A stretch of DNA of 64,000 nucleotides from an uncultured Methanomicrobiales archaeon (GCA_963697895.1 OY969100.1:1920001-1984000); one strand, 5' to 3'; shown: positions 42,281 through 52,946, counted from the stretch's first letter. Program-made: numbers and translations. The notes: a model not told the origin generated them from the letters alone.

Positions 42281-42658
42281 ATGCTCCTCCGTCAGGAGAA
42301 AATAGCCCTGTTGTTGCTTCTTACGGTGACAATATCGGCTGTGTGCGGATATATCGTGCTCGATGCATTTGGCAAGGGATCTTTTGCAGCGCCGTACTCT
42401 GATGCCGCAGCGGATGGGACACCGGTCAGACTGGACGGACAGGTGAATAGTGTAACCGTCTCCAGAACGGGAGGTCACCTGATCATGGAAGTGAGTGGTG
42501 TTCCGGTATTTGTTCCCGGTCAGGTAGCCGGAGGGATATCGATAAGGAAGGATGATCGGGTAACGATCACTGGTACGGTCCAGACATATCAAGGGAAGAA
42601 AGAGATCCTCGTGAACGATCCCAGGGACATCATCCTCTCCCGTTCAGAGCAGGAATAA
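42281..42658 (+). CDS. Membrane-anchored OB-fold protein
   Basis: N-terminal TM, then an OB-fold pattern (GHLIM...VFVP...DRVTITGTVQTYQGKKEI). Confidence 0.75.
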   Translation: MLLRQEKIALLLLLTVTISAVCGYIVLDAFGKGSFAAPYSDAAADGTPVRLDGQVNSVTVSRTGGHLIMEVSGVPVFVPGQVAGGISIRKDDRVTITGTVQTYQGKKEILVNDPRDIILSRSEQE

Positions 42659-43160
42659 TATCAGGAATAATAATTTTTACGCTAATTACCACCGAACTCA
42701 GATCTTTCGGTTCCTGGTGGATGCTGAAGCATGACGGTTTTTCTTCTCGACATACTCCTATATCACCCGCTCCCGCGGAGTCAGATAGCGGTTTACCTGG
42801 TTTAACCTCCAGAAGGAGGTCATGACGAGCATCCCCCTTCTGAAAACCTATCCGAACATAATTAAATCCAGCGGGGTTCCCAGAAACGCGCACCTGTTGA
42901 TTGTAGAAAGTAGAAAGAGGGGATGACATGGTCAATCACTTTTCCCGCGATCAGGCTCTGCTCTTCCGATAGCGTCCTTCCAGATCTCTTGCTCTTCCTT
43001 GAGAATCCATTCCTCGATGAGCAGAAATATTCCGCGTCCATTGAGTCTGTTTATTTTCTGCTGTAATAACAGAACAGAATGAGGAATGCCAAAATTACGA
43101 TTAGAAGGATATGTTCATCCCCGTATATAGGATGAAAATATCACCATTCGCTCTTTCGGG

Positions 43161-43694
43161 TCAAGCAGATACAGTTCCCGTGTTCGCGACCTTTTTAAGA
43201 TGTTCCAGGGCGAGACCGACTTGGGTTCGGACCGCGGGATCGGCATCATTCCGGAGATCTTCCAATGGTTTGATCGCCCGGGGGTCCCCGATCTGGGCAA
43301 GAGCCCAGACCGCATTCTTTCGGACCGCAGGCTTCTTATCCTTGAGTGCATCGATGAGCGGGATCACGGCTTTCGGGTCACCTATCTTGCCTAACCCGAT
43401 TGCTGCTCCTATCCGGAGCCAGGTTTCCTCTGACTTGAGCGCATGGATCAGAGGTTCAATGGCCCTCCGGTCGCCGATTGCACCGAGAGATTTTGCAGCA
43501 AGCCAGGCGACATCGACATATTCGTCACTGAGCGCCTGAATCAGAGGTTCAACGGCGGTTTCATCCCCCACCTCTCCGAGGGCCTCCGCAGCTTTCCATC
43601 GGTACACCAGGTATGGGCTCTTGAGAAGTCCCACCAACGCCTCAATCTCCCGCTTTTTTGCAAGAATTTCGGGATCAACCGGATTTAAATCCAA
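43161..43694 (-). CDS. HEAT-repeat (PBS lyase-like) protein
   Basis: Tandem repeats xRxxAAxALGxIGDxxAxxPLIxAL. Confidence 0.9.
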   Translation of the reverse strand: MDLNPVDPEILAKKREIEALVGLLKSPYLVYRWKAAEALGEVGDETAVEPLIQALSDEYVDVAWLAAKSLGAIGDRRAIEPLIHALKSEETWLRIGAAIGLGKIGDPKAVIPLIDALKDKKPAVRKNAVWALAQIGDPRAIKPLEDLRNDADPAVRTQVGLALEHLKKVANTGTVSA

Positions 43695-43800
43695 CGATAC
43701 CCCCTTCTCATGCGATCCCAGACCCGGGGATTTCCCAGGAAGGATAGAAATTCGTTTCTCTTATAGTAGTCATTTGGTAAAACCTATCCCGTTCTTCATC

Positions 43801-44625
43801 TCACCCGATTATCTCCAGACCGACATCAAGATTTTTCACCGAGTGGGTCAGGACGCCGAGACTGATGGCATCGGCTCCGAGTCCGGCATACCGGCTGATG
43901 TTCTCTTCACCGATTCCACCAGAGAGTTCGATCAGCACCCCTTCCCTGACTCCGCGCTTTTCTAGTTCCCGGATGGTCTGTTCAATCTGTTCAACCGGCA
44001 TGTTATCCAGCATGATGATGTCTGCCCCTGATGAAACTGCCCGCATCGCCGCATCCATGCTCTCAACTTCAACCTCGATCTTCCGGTAAAGCGAAGCATT
44101 CTTTGCCCGGCGGATCGCCTCCTCTACAGGTACTAACGCAAGGTGATTATCTTTAATGAGGATTCCGTCCGAAAGCGAGAGACGGTGCGGGTCCCCACCA
44201 CCCAGTCCCACTGCTTTTTTATCAAGCATCCTGAGTCCCGGAGCCGTTTTCCGTGTACAGGCGACACGACAGGAAGTATCGACCCGTTGTACCTGATTGA
44301 CACATGCCCGGGTAGCCGATGCAATTCCGCTCATTCTCCCGATGATATTCAGTGCAGTTCGTTCAACGAGAAGAATATCCCGGGCCTTGCCGTTAAGTCG
44401 CATGAGAATATCCCCATTGCGGATGGAATCTCCATCTCTGAACTTTTTTTGGGCAACCACTCCAAAATGAGAGAAAAGCATACCCGCTTCCTCCAGCCCT
44501 GCGACAATCCCGCTCTGATGACTTGTGATAACGCCATTGCACTCATCCTCACCGATAACCGTATCGGATGTGATATCACCGAACGGGGCGTCTTCCTCGA
44601 TAAAGGTGAGGAGATAATTAATCAT
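43801..44625 (-). CDS. nadC: Quinolinate phosphoribosyltransferase
   Basis: EDAPFGDIT, ERTALN, TRKTAPG, HRLSLSD, KDNH, EVEV, LDN, SGG. Confidence 0.96.
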   Translation of the reverse strand: MINYLLTFIEEDAPFGDITSDTVIGEDECNGVITSHQSGIVAGLEEAGMLFSHFGVVAQKKFRDGDSIRNGDILMRLNGKARDILLVERTALNIIGRMSGIASATRACVNQVQRVDTSCRVACTRKTAPGLRMLDKKAVGLGGGDPHRLSLSDGILIKDNHLALVPVEEAIRRAKNASLYRKIEVEVESMDAAMRAVSSGADIIMLDNMPVEQIEQTIRELEKRGVREGVLIELSGGIGEENISRYAGLGADAISLGVLTHSVKNLDVGLEIIG

Positions 44626-44858
44626 CGTCAACTACAATCACCCCCATTGAATCGGGTGGAAAGTCCGCATGGGCGCATTTCTCATATCGATGTGGCAAAT
44701 CAGGGAAATCCGAAGGTTTTCCGGCACGAGTCTTCTCCCATATGCTCCTATTCCCTCTCGTATCCTCATCCCCTGGATAAATCATTCATTCGTGATGGCT
44801 GACCTTGTTCACCCAATCTTACACAACTTATCCGCTTTATATTTCTATCCGAATCTCC

Positions 44859-45617
44859 TCATGTTCCCACAACGAGGGGATCATCCAGTTCACGGAGCAA
44901 CGTGAGGATCGACAGGGCTGCGAGGTAACTGGTGGCAGGGTTATCGGGACTGGGAGTATTCCTGACCCGGATGTATGCATCACCAAATTCACCTTCGGCA
45001 ATAATCTCATGTACATTTCTATCTACATTAGGGTCGGCCCAGAGCTCTACATCGATCTCTCTTCCAACAGCAAGACTGAGAGCGACGGATACATTTACAT
45101 TTTTCGGGAATTCCTTTATACATTCGTTTGCTTTTCCCTTGAAAATTAATCTGCGTTTATCTGCGGTAATCCCCAGACTTGCAGGGTTTTTTGTTGTTTT
45201 CAGGACAACCGAGTTCATTTTTGAAATACGGCCCACCTTCAGGTTGTCAAGCCCCATTACTGCTCCACTCGGAATATAGATCTTCCGCCCTTCCCTCCGG
45301 GCCGTATCGATGATCTCCTCTCTGAATGCCTCGTCAGAAAGTGCTCCCACACTCATGATCACCATATGTTTTTGCCGTCCGAGAACAGTACCGGCATATT
45401 TCCTGACCGCACTGACAGAGGCAGCCTCCACCACCAGATCGAAATCCTGTTCGATAAATGTCTCGAATGATTTATAAGAATCTCCCCGGGCCAGGAGGGC
45501 CAGCTCTTCCGCCCGTTCGTATATTTTGTCATATAATGCGACAATCTCTATATTTTCCCGATATTTTGCAATGATATGACCGATATTTCCGCATCCGAGG
45601 AGACCGATGGTAACCAT
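44859..45617 (-). CDS. nadX: L-aspartate dehydrogenase
   Basis: GCGNIG, VEAAS, SVGAL, PSGA, FPKNVNV, NPATSYLAALS. Confidence 0.95.
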   Translation of the reverse strand: MVTIGLLGCGNIGHIIAKYRENIEIVALYDKIYERAEELALLARGDSYKSFETFIEQDFDLVVEAASVSAVRKYAGTVLGRQKHMVIMSVGALSDEAFREEIIDTARREGRKIYIPSGAVMGLDNLKVGRISKMNSVVLKTTKNPASLGITADKRRLIFKGKANECIKEFPKNVNVSVALSLAVGREIDVELWADPNVDRNVHEIIAEGEFGDAYIRVRNTPSPDNPATSYLAALSILTLLRELDDPLVVGT

Positions 45618-45783
45618 TGTACAGAGATAGCAGTATCATTGGTTAAGCATTTCTCTCCAATACCGGATTGACCGGAGAATAGTCACATCGTACGGGAAGG
45701 GATGAAAAAAATAAGGAATACTTCCGCTAAAACCGTACAATTATGATACTCCCCGTAAAAGGATACTTTATTTTCAGGTTTTG

Positions 45784-47038
45784 ATGACCGCTATCGAGAA
45801 CATACTTGAAGCCGTGCGAGGGAAAAAGGTATATCTGAGGACATACGGCTGCACGTATAACGCGGGCGATAGTGTCAAATTATCCGAAATTTTGCGGTCG
45901 CAGGGCTGTACATTCACAGACTCTTCTGAAAAGGCAGATGCTATTATTGTCAATACCTGCACCGTAATTGGTCCTACCGAACGAAAAGTGCTCAAATATC
46001 TGAAGCAGAACCGGGACCGGCAGACTCTTTGTGACCGGATGTATGCCGATCGTCCAAATGGAAGAGATCGAAGGGGTGTGTACCCCGCAGATAATTACCC
46101 CGGATGAGATACAAGATCTCTATTGTAATATCCGGACGGTTCCCCGGGCTCCGATCGGGATCGTTCAGGTTGCCACGGGATGCAGAGGCACCTGTTCCTA
46201 TTGTATAACCAGGCGGGCACGGGGGAAACTAAAAAGTTTTCCCCGCCATGATATACTCGACCAGATACGCCGTTATATTCGCGAGGGGGCTGTCGAGATC
46301 CGTCTGACGGCGCAGGATGCAGGTTGTTGGGGTGCCGATCTCGGGACTGGCGGCCTCCCCTCACTTCTGCACAGTATCACGCGGATTCCCGGGGACTTCC
46401 GGGTGAGATTGGGCATGATGAATCCATGCGGGATAGCTGACCAGATCGATCCCCTCATCCGGGAGTTGGAACACGAGAAGATGTTTAAGTTCATTCACTG
46501 TCCCCTTCAGTCCGGATCTGACAGGATACTTGAAGATATGAAGAGAGGCTACACATCAGGAGAATTCATCAGGATCGTTGAAGCTTTCCGCGCAGCATTT
46601 CCTGAGATGACTCTTGCAACGGACGTGATCATCGGGTATCCAGGTGAGACTCCGAAGGACCTGTCGGCAACCGTCAGAACGATCGAGACAGTCCGTCCTG
46701 AAAAAATACATATCACCCGGTATTCCCACCGGCCGGGTATTCCCCCGCATCCGGCCGGAGATCTCACCGATTATACCAAAAAAATCCGTTCACGATACCT
46801 GAATTCAGTTGCGAACCGGGTATATCATGAGAACAATGCCCTGTGGGTCGGAAGGAGGGTACCGGTGCTGGTTACCGAACGGGTCAGGCCGGATTCGGTT
46901 ATTTCACGAACGCCCTGCTATCGTAACGTTGTCCTACAGGGGGATCTATCACCGGGATACACGGGATGTGCATTCATCCAATCGGAGCACTTACATTATT
47001 TCAGAGGTGAGCTCGTCCCCGATGCAAGATGCGAATAG
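45784..47038 (+). CDS. tRNA methylthiotransferase (archaeal MtaB/MiaB-like), +1 frameshift at ~46024
   Basis: TYGCTYN, NTCTV, VTGCM, CRGTCSYC, QSGSD, C-terminal TRAM-like region. Confidence 0.9.
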
Positions 47039-47279
47039 GGCTAGTCTTGCCGTTCACCGACAACAACGCAGGGTGTTCGGGCGTTTTATAATGGCTTTTT
47101 ATAGAGCATCATATAGTTTATATCATAAATAGATACAAAACCAAATGTTCCGCATATAGATTGAAAAACCGTGTAAAAAGGGTTCTTATCATCGGAGGAT
47201 GAGATGAGGCTGAAACCAGGTGAGGCGGTGAACAGAATCTCTATACCACGGGAAAGGTTGGGTCACAGAAGGTAGCAAA

Positions 47280-47855
47280 ATGGATGAGATTGAACAGGGA
47301 TTTTCGAAACTGATCGAAAAGATACAGGAAAAGGAAGCGAAAACCGGTGAGCTTGCAGCGGAGATCCGGAACCATGATGCCGAACTGCTCAGGCGCATGG
47401 CAGAATCAGCTATCCCGGTGATAAGAAAAGTTGGTCTGAATCTGCTTGAGAAGGGAAAACAGGATCCAAAAGGGGAGCTTTATGAAACCACCTTCTATTC
47501 TGACAAGGTAATCGTGCTCGGGAAGACAGACCCGCTCCCGTACCGGCCCGATGATCCCGGCAAGAAAGTAATGGATCAGTTCTGCATTCTGACCGAAGAG
47601 GGGGTCTTTCAGGAAATGATGTATAGCTCCGATGGGTATGTCCTCGATTCATATCGTCAACCGTTATCTGCGGAGGCAGCGCTCAACATCTATGGGTACG
47701 ATGTCATGTTCATGGTATACCGTGCAATGAAAGATTATCTCGATGCCGAAGAAGCACTTATCGAGGCCCTTGGGAGGGTTATTGAATATATATTCGGAAA
47801 AAAAGAGAACGGCGGTCAGGAACAGAGATCAGCCGGATTGGCGAAAAAGGAGTAA
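47280..47855 (+). CDS. Hypothetical protein with N-terminal coiled coil
   Basis: Long clean ORF with protein-like composition (YRPDDPGKKV..QFC). No recognised family. Confidence 0.75.
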   Translation: MDEIEQGFSKLIEKIQEKEAKTGELAAEIRNHDAELLRRMAESAIPVIRKVGLNLLEKGKQDPKGELYETTFYSDKVIVLGKTDPLPYRPDDPGKKVMDQFCILTEEGVFQEMMYSSDGYVLDSYRQPLSAEAALNIYGYDVMFMVYRAMKDYLDAEEALIEALGRVIEYIFGKKENGGQEQRSAGLAKKE

Positions 47856-47871
47856 AAAAATGATTTATCAG

Positions 47872-48327
47872 TCATTTCCATTTAAATAGGGGAAACATCG
47901 GTTTCAGGAGATCTTCCTCACCCGGATGTAAAGAGGACAATAGAGAGGTTGTTGAATACCGGCCGCCCCTTTCATTCTCGAATATTATTACCGCTTTCAC
48001 ATCTGGAACCATCGTACCGATTCGATAGGGGAACTCCTCCTCCTCTCGCAGTTCGGGAATGTCAAATTCGATATTCAGAGGCACAAGAGAGACATGTATC
48101 TTTTTTGCCGTTGCATTGCCCTGGTTTTTTATCCGAATTTCCTTTGAGTCATCCGTGAGATGGGCCACGAGATCAGGGTGGAACCGCGAGTCCTGCATGA
48201 TGAGGAAGGACATGACAAGAGCGATAACGATTACCAGTACGATCAGACCGAGATAGATATTGATGATCAGCAGAATGAGACTTACAAGAACTCCCGCACC
48301 TATCAGCATCTTTTCTCTGGTTTCCAT
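47872..48327 (-). CDS. Hypothetical membrane protein (2 TM + beta-rich domain)
   Basis: Start METREK, two TMs, IKNQGNA motif, C-terminal KPMFPLFKWK. Confidence 0.75.
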   Translation of the reverse strand: METREKMLIGAGVLVSLILLIINIYLGLIVLVIVIALVMSFLIMQDSRFHPDLVAHLTDDSKEIRIKNQGNATAKKIHVSLVPLNIEFDIPELREEEEFPYRIGTMVPDVKAVIIFENERGGRYSTTSLLSSLHPGEEDLLKPMFPLFKWK

Positions 48328-48562
48328 ACCGATCGTTGATCTCCGCGTATTAAGTGGATAATAACAATGGGCCCGATGTGATTCGAACACATGACCTCCC
48401 GGTTATCAGCCGGGCGCACCACCTGGCTATGCTACGGGCCCTTCAAGAGTTTCCTTATAGGGTAACCCTGCTGGGTTTTTATAAGTTGTGAAATGAAGGC
48501 CCGAAACAGTAGATTAAAAGCACATGATTGTTGTACCTTTCGGAAAGGAATGGGTATGGAAT

Positions 48563-50332
48563 ATGGATCGACGATATCTCCTTGGAAATGATGCGATTGC
48601 ACATGCATGCCTTGAATCGACGGTCGATTTCGTGAGCGGGTATCCCGGTACTCCTTCATCTGAGGTGATCGATACTCTGCGAGGAATGGCTGAACGGCAT
48701 TTTTACGTTGAATGGTCCGTGAATGAGAAGGTTGCCCTTGAAAATGCGCTTGGTGCTGCATGGTGTGGTATCCGTGCTCTCTGCACGATGAAGCATGTCG
48801 GCCTCAATGTTGCTGCGGATCCGCTGATGACCAGCGCATATACCGGAGTGACGGGCGGGCTGGTGATCATGAGTGCTGATGACCCGTTTGCCCATAGTTC
48901 ACAGAATGAACAGGATAGCCGGATATATGCACACTTTTCGGGAATACCCTGCCTGGACCCGTCCAGTGTCCAGGAGGCTCATGACATGATGCGGGATGCG
49001 TTTCCGCTCTCCGAAGAGCTCCGGCTTCCGGTACTCTTCCGCCCGACGACTCGCATCTGTCATTCGAAGAGTGATACGATCCTTGGAGATCCCGGCCGGA
49101 ACGTGAGAAAGGGGGTGTTCCATAAAGATCCACGACAGTACGTCGTTATCCCGGCGCATACCCGGGTCCTTCACAAGCAACTGAATGAAAAACAACCGCA
49201 TATTAAAAAAAGACTCGTCGAACTGGGATTCAACCGGTATCTGTTGAAGGGGACCCGGGCGATCATTGCCAGTGGCATCGCGGCATCCTATGTCCAGGAG
49301 GTCCTGCCCGATGAGATGTCATTTGCGCAGATTGGCGCCTATCCCATCGATCAGGACTGGCTCCGATCATTCATACGTTCACATGATGCCGTCCTCGTGA
49401 TTGAAGAGGGGGCTCCGGTCGTAGAGGAAATAGTACGGCAGGTCGCCGGCGTTATTCCTGTCTATGGTAAGATGACAGGGCACGCACCCGGTGAGGGGGA
49501 GTTATCTCCGCAGGCATTTTCCCGGATTATGGCATCCTGCGGGTTTTTACCGAAACACCAGTATCCGGAGACGAGACCCGTTCAGGATCTTCCGCTCCGC
49601 CCCCCCATACTCTGTGCAGGGTGTATGCACCGGTCGGTGTTCTACGCCATGAAGAAGATCTTCCGGGATGCTGTTTATCCCAGTGACATCGGATGCTATA
49701 CCCTGGGATTGCAGCTTGGGGCGGTGGATACTACCATCTGTATGGGGGCATCTATCACGGTGGCGAGCGGTATGTGCCATTCCGGCGAAGAACGGGATGT
49801 TGTGTGCACGATAGGGGACTCCACATTCCTTCATTCGGGAATGACCGGACTTCTGAATGCGGTGTATAACGGAGCAAACATGACAGTAATCATCCTTGAT
49901 AACCGGATTACTGCGATGACAGGTCATCAGCCAAATCCCACAACAGGATGCACGGCATGTGGCACGCCTGCAGCACCGGTCTCCCTTGAGGCAATCTGCC
50001 GGGCCTGCGGTGTTTCACTGGTCGAAACGATTGACCCCTATGATATTACATCGCTGACCACAGCATTACAGGATGTAAAAGTGCGTCGGGGGGTGAAGGT
50101 GATTATTGCACGACAACCCTGCGTGATAACCGCGAGGCGTGCAGGAATAAAAAGGGGCAGATATGAAGTCGATCCTGAAAGGTGTGCAGAATGTGGGATC
50201 TGCATCAAATTCGGGTGCCCCGCTATCGAGAGGCACGAAAACAAAGCGTACATCACCGATCTATGCAGTGGATGCGCAGTCTGCGCGCAGATCTGTCCGT
50301 CGGGTGCCATAGCACGGGAGGGTCTCCGATGA
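48563..50332 (+). CDS. iorA: Indolepyruvate:ferredoxin oxidoreductase alpha subunit
   Basis: GYPGTPSSE, NEKVA, MKHVGLN, LCAGC, SDIGCY, GDSTF, C-terminal ferredoxin motifs. Confidence 0.95.
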   Translation: MDRRYLLGNDAIAHACLESTVDFVSGYPGTPSSEVIDTLRGMAERHFYVEWSVNEKVALENALGAAWCGIRALCTMKHVGLNVAADPLMTSAYTGVTGGLVIMSADDPFAHSSQNEQDSRIYAHFSGIPCLDPSSVQEAHDMMRDAFPLSEELRLPVLFRPTTRICHSKSDTILGDPGRNVRKGVFHKDPRQYVVIPAHTRVLHKQLNEKQPHIKKRLVELGFNRYLLKGTRAIIASGIAASYVQEVLPDEMSFAQIGAYPIDQDWLRSFIRSHDAVLVIEEGAPVVEEIVRQVAGVIPVYGKMTGHAPGEGELSPQAFSRIMASCGFLPKHQYPETRPVQDLPLRPPILCAGCMHRSVFYAMKKIFRDAVYPSDIGCYTLGLQLGAVDTTICMGASITVASGMCHSGEERDVVCTIGDSTFLHSGMTGLLNAVYNGANMTVIILDNRITAMTGHQPNPTTGCTACGTPAAPVSLEAICRACGVSLVETIDPYDITSLTTALQDVKVRRGVKVIIARQPCVITARRAGIKRGRYEVDPERCAECGICIKFGCPAIERHENKAYITDLCSGCAVCAQICPSGAIAREGLR

Positions 50333-50913
50333 ATGGAAGTTTTGATGTCCTGATCGTGGGCATAGGCGGGCAGGGAACCATCCTAGCCTCCAATATTCTG
50401 GGAGAGGCATGTATCATTGAGGGCAGGCCGGTCCGTGGAGCCGAAACCCACGGTATGGCCCAGCGGGGAGGATCCGTGGAGAGCCATATCCGCATCGGTG
50501 GTAATCTCGGCCCGCTGATCGCGCCGGGGACGGCAGACCTCATCATTGCCTTTGACCTCCTTGAAGCGGTCAGGTATTCGCATTATCTTAGCAGTGGTGG
50601 AAAAATGATCGTAAACAGGCATCTTGTCGTCCCGACTTCGGTCTTCATTCAGGGAGTGGCGGCTCCAACCGTTGAAGAACTAGAACAGAGCCTGGCGGGC
50701 CACTCTCCCTGTCTCATCGATGCCGATGGGATCGCGAGCGATGCAGGGAGCCCACTCGTCCAGAATGTCGTCATGATCGGGGCTGCTTCCCGGTACATTC
50801 CTCTCGCTCCACGCTCGCTGGAGGAATCGATACGCCGGCTGGTCCCGCAAAAAACCATCGAGATCAACATCCGGGCATTTGAGATGGGAGTTAATGCGGA
50901 GGATGTGTGCTGA
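50329..50913 (+). CDS. iorB: Indolepyruvate:ferredoxin oxidoreductase beta subunit
   Basis: GIGGQG, ETHGMAQRGGSV, NVVMIGA, NIRAF. Confidence 0.95.
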   Translation: MNGSFDVLIVGIGGQGTILASNILGEACIIEGRPVRGAETHGMAQRGGSVESHIRIGGNLGPLIAPGTADLIIAFDLLEAVRYSHYLSSGGKMIVNRHLVVPTSVFIQGVAAPTVEELEQSLAGHSPCLIDADGIASDAGSPLVQNVVMIGAASRYIPLAPRSLEESIRRLVPQKTIEINIRAFEMGVNAEDVC

Positions 50914-50930
50914 TCACGTACGAGGGAGAG

Positions 50931-51653
50931 ATGGATGCAATACAGCTCGGGCGATTTGCACTTGATACGATCTATCAAGGAGACGCCCTCCATCTCCTTG
51001 AGGAGCTTCCCGGGGGGTGCATCGACCTCATCATCACCGATCCCCCGTTTGCGATCGATTTTCGCTCACAGCGACTGAATTATAACCGTACCGGCGCTCA
51101 TGTCATTGATGGGTATCGCGAGATCCCCTGGCAGGAATATGGGCAATTTACCCACCGATGGTTGAAACAGGCTGCCCGAGTGCTTGCACCGGATGGGAGC
51201 CTTTACGTATTCTCCGGGTGGAACCGGCTGATCGATGTCCTGTCGGGCCTTGAGGGGGCCGGGCTGACGACGATCAACCATCTTATATGGAAATATCAGT
51301 TCGGGGTGTTCACCCAACGGAAATACGTCACCAGCCATTATCACATCCTTTATGCGGTGAAGGATCCCCGGCACTACCGCTTCAATAAAATTGAACATTA
51401 TCCTGAGGACGTCTGGGTGATCAACCGCGAGTATTGGAAAGGGAAAGCAAAGACACCGACGAAGTTACCATCCGCATTAATCAGGAAGATCCTTGGCTTT
51501 TCGAGTTGCCCGGGAGATATTGTCCTCGATCCCTTCGTCGGCTCTGGAACCGTTGCGGTGGTATGTAAAGAGATGGATCGGCATTTTCTGGGATTCGAGA
51601 TGGTGGAAGATTATTGCGCATTTGCAAAGGCACGGCTTGCAGAGATGGGCTAA
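50931..51653 (+). CDS. Orphan DNA amino-methyltransferase (N4-C/N6-A, beta class)
   Basis: Catalytic TDPPF precedes the SAM-binding DPFVGSGT (beta order). No adjacent endonuclease gene. Confidence 0.92.
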   Translation: MDAIQLGRFALDTIYQGDALHLLEELPGGCIDLIITDPPFAIDFRSQRLNYNRTGAHVIDGYREIPWQEYGQFTHRWLKQAARVLAPDGSLYVFSGWNRLIDVLSGLEGAGLTTINHLIWKYQFGVFTQRKYVTSHYHILYAVKDPRHYRFNKIEHYPEDVWVINREYWKGKAKTPTKLPSALIRKILGFSSCPGDIVLDPFVGSGTVAVVCKEMDRHFLGFEMVEDYCAFAKARLAEMG

Positions 51654-51748
51654 CGGGGATAACCGGTATTGGGCAACAGTAACCCGCCAGGCCGCCCTGG
51701 ATCGTACATTGTGAGCCTTGGCCCAGCCGGAGGTACTCGAAAAACAAG

Positions 51749-51834
51749 CGCTAAGGGGGAGATTTGAACTCCCGAGGGGCAAACGCCCCACAGGCTTTCC
51801 AGGCCTGCGCCCTACCGGACTAGACTACCTCAGC
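51749..51834 (-). tRNA. tRNA-Ser(GGA)
   Basis: GCTGAGG acceptor, loop CT-GGA-AA, long variable arm GGGGC/GCCCC, T-loop GTTCAAATC. Confidence 0.95.
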
Positions 51835-51980
51835 AGAGAATGGTACCCACAATCATTGCACGGGGATTTTTTTAACACTATCCATCAGATGCCCGGTGAG
51901 AACACATCCTTGCACCAACGAGCGAGGGACAGGGTCCGGATCAATCCCTTGGGGTATAGGATTGAACGGACAATTGTTGT

Positions 51981-52946
51981 TCAATCAGGGCTAAATAGCC
52001 TGTTTTTCGTGCCGCTCTTCCAGTGCCTCGGATAAGTCTCCGGCTTCATAAATACAGAACGCGGGGCGATTACAAGACCGTGTTCCCCGGGCCGGAACGA
52101 TGAAGATGGGACGAGCGCCTCACCGATGCAGACGAGTTCGCCCCTTTTCGAGAAAACCGACACCATATCCTTCTTCTGGAATGGTGCCATTTCGATCACA
52201 CCGACACCGGCGAGAGTCGCCCCATGGCAGAGTGCATCGATTGACGCATCGGTGACCACCACGCGGGGGAGCTCAGATACCCCTTCCTCGACCGGGAGGA
52301 TGAACTGCCGGAGGGGTTCCGGGAACCCCTCTTCATACCCGCACACCCATGCATCCCGGAGCTCATGGAGGGAATGGGATATGTGTTCATCGAAGCGACC
52401 GGAGCGGGTCCGCCTGAGTTCCTGCATATGGGCACCAGTCCCGAGTGCGAGCCCGATATGATGACAGAGGGAGCGGATATAGGTACCTGCGTCGCACCGC
52501 ACCCGGAGCAGGACGAGCTGCCCCTCCATGTCGAGCAAGTCGATACGGGAAATGGTCCGGATACGTAACCGCCTGGCGACGGCACTCCTTCGGGGAGGAC
52601 GTTGGTATATTCTACCGGTAAATTCCCGGAGTACCTCCTCGAGCCGCTCCCGGGAGACGCTATGGTGCAATCGCATCAGGCAGACATACTCTTTTTCCTG
52701 ATTGAGCAGGATCGGGGCAAGCCGGACCGCATTCCCTATCATAATCACAAGTACCCCCGAGACCCCCGGATCGAGCGTGCCGGAGTGGCCGGCCGGAACA
52801 TCCAGGAGATCTCTTACCCAGGACGTTACCTGATGGCTCGACGGCCCCCGGGGCTTGTCGATTACGATGATGCCGGAACCGGGCCGTACAGGCCTGGCTG
52901 GACTTTCAGTTCGTGCCCGGGGATTATTATTGGGTGCGGTTTTCAT
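51981..52946 (-). CDS. cbf5: H/ACA pseudouridine synthase Cbf5 (TruB family)
   Basis: DKPRGPSSH, GHSGTLDP, KEY, QRPP, GTYIR, ELRRTRSG, PUA domain. Confidence 0.95.
   Translation of the reverse strand: MKTAPNNNPRARTESPARPVRPGSGIIVIDKPRGPSSHQVTSWVRDLLDVPAGHSGTLDPGVSGVLVIMIGNAVRLAPILLNQEKEYVCLMRLHHSVSRERLEEVLREFTGRIYQRPPRRSAVARRLRIRTISRIDLLDMEGQLVLLRVRCDAGTYIRSLCHHIGLALGTGAHMQELRRTRSGRFDEHISHSLHELRDAWVCGYEEGFPEPLRQFILPVEEGVSELPRVVVTDASIDALCHGATLAGVGVIEMAPFQKKDMVSVFSKRGELVCIGEALVPSSSFRPGEHGLVIAPRSVFMKPETYPRHWKSGTKNRLFSPD

Noticed and set aside
43200-43620. DNA repeat array or CRISPR
   Set aside because: The periodicity is explained by HEAT-repeat coding. No repeat-spacer array was seen anywhere in the window.
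45715-45725. NrpR operator (GGAA-N6-TTCC) in the nadX/mtaB intergenic region
   Set aside because: The spacing is GGAA-N3-TTCC, not N6, and no convincing operator was found by eye elsewhere.
50931-51653. Type II restriction-modification system
   Set aside because: There is no room for a neighbouring endonuclease gene; the MTase is flanked by iorB and tRNA-Ser.
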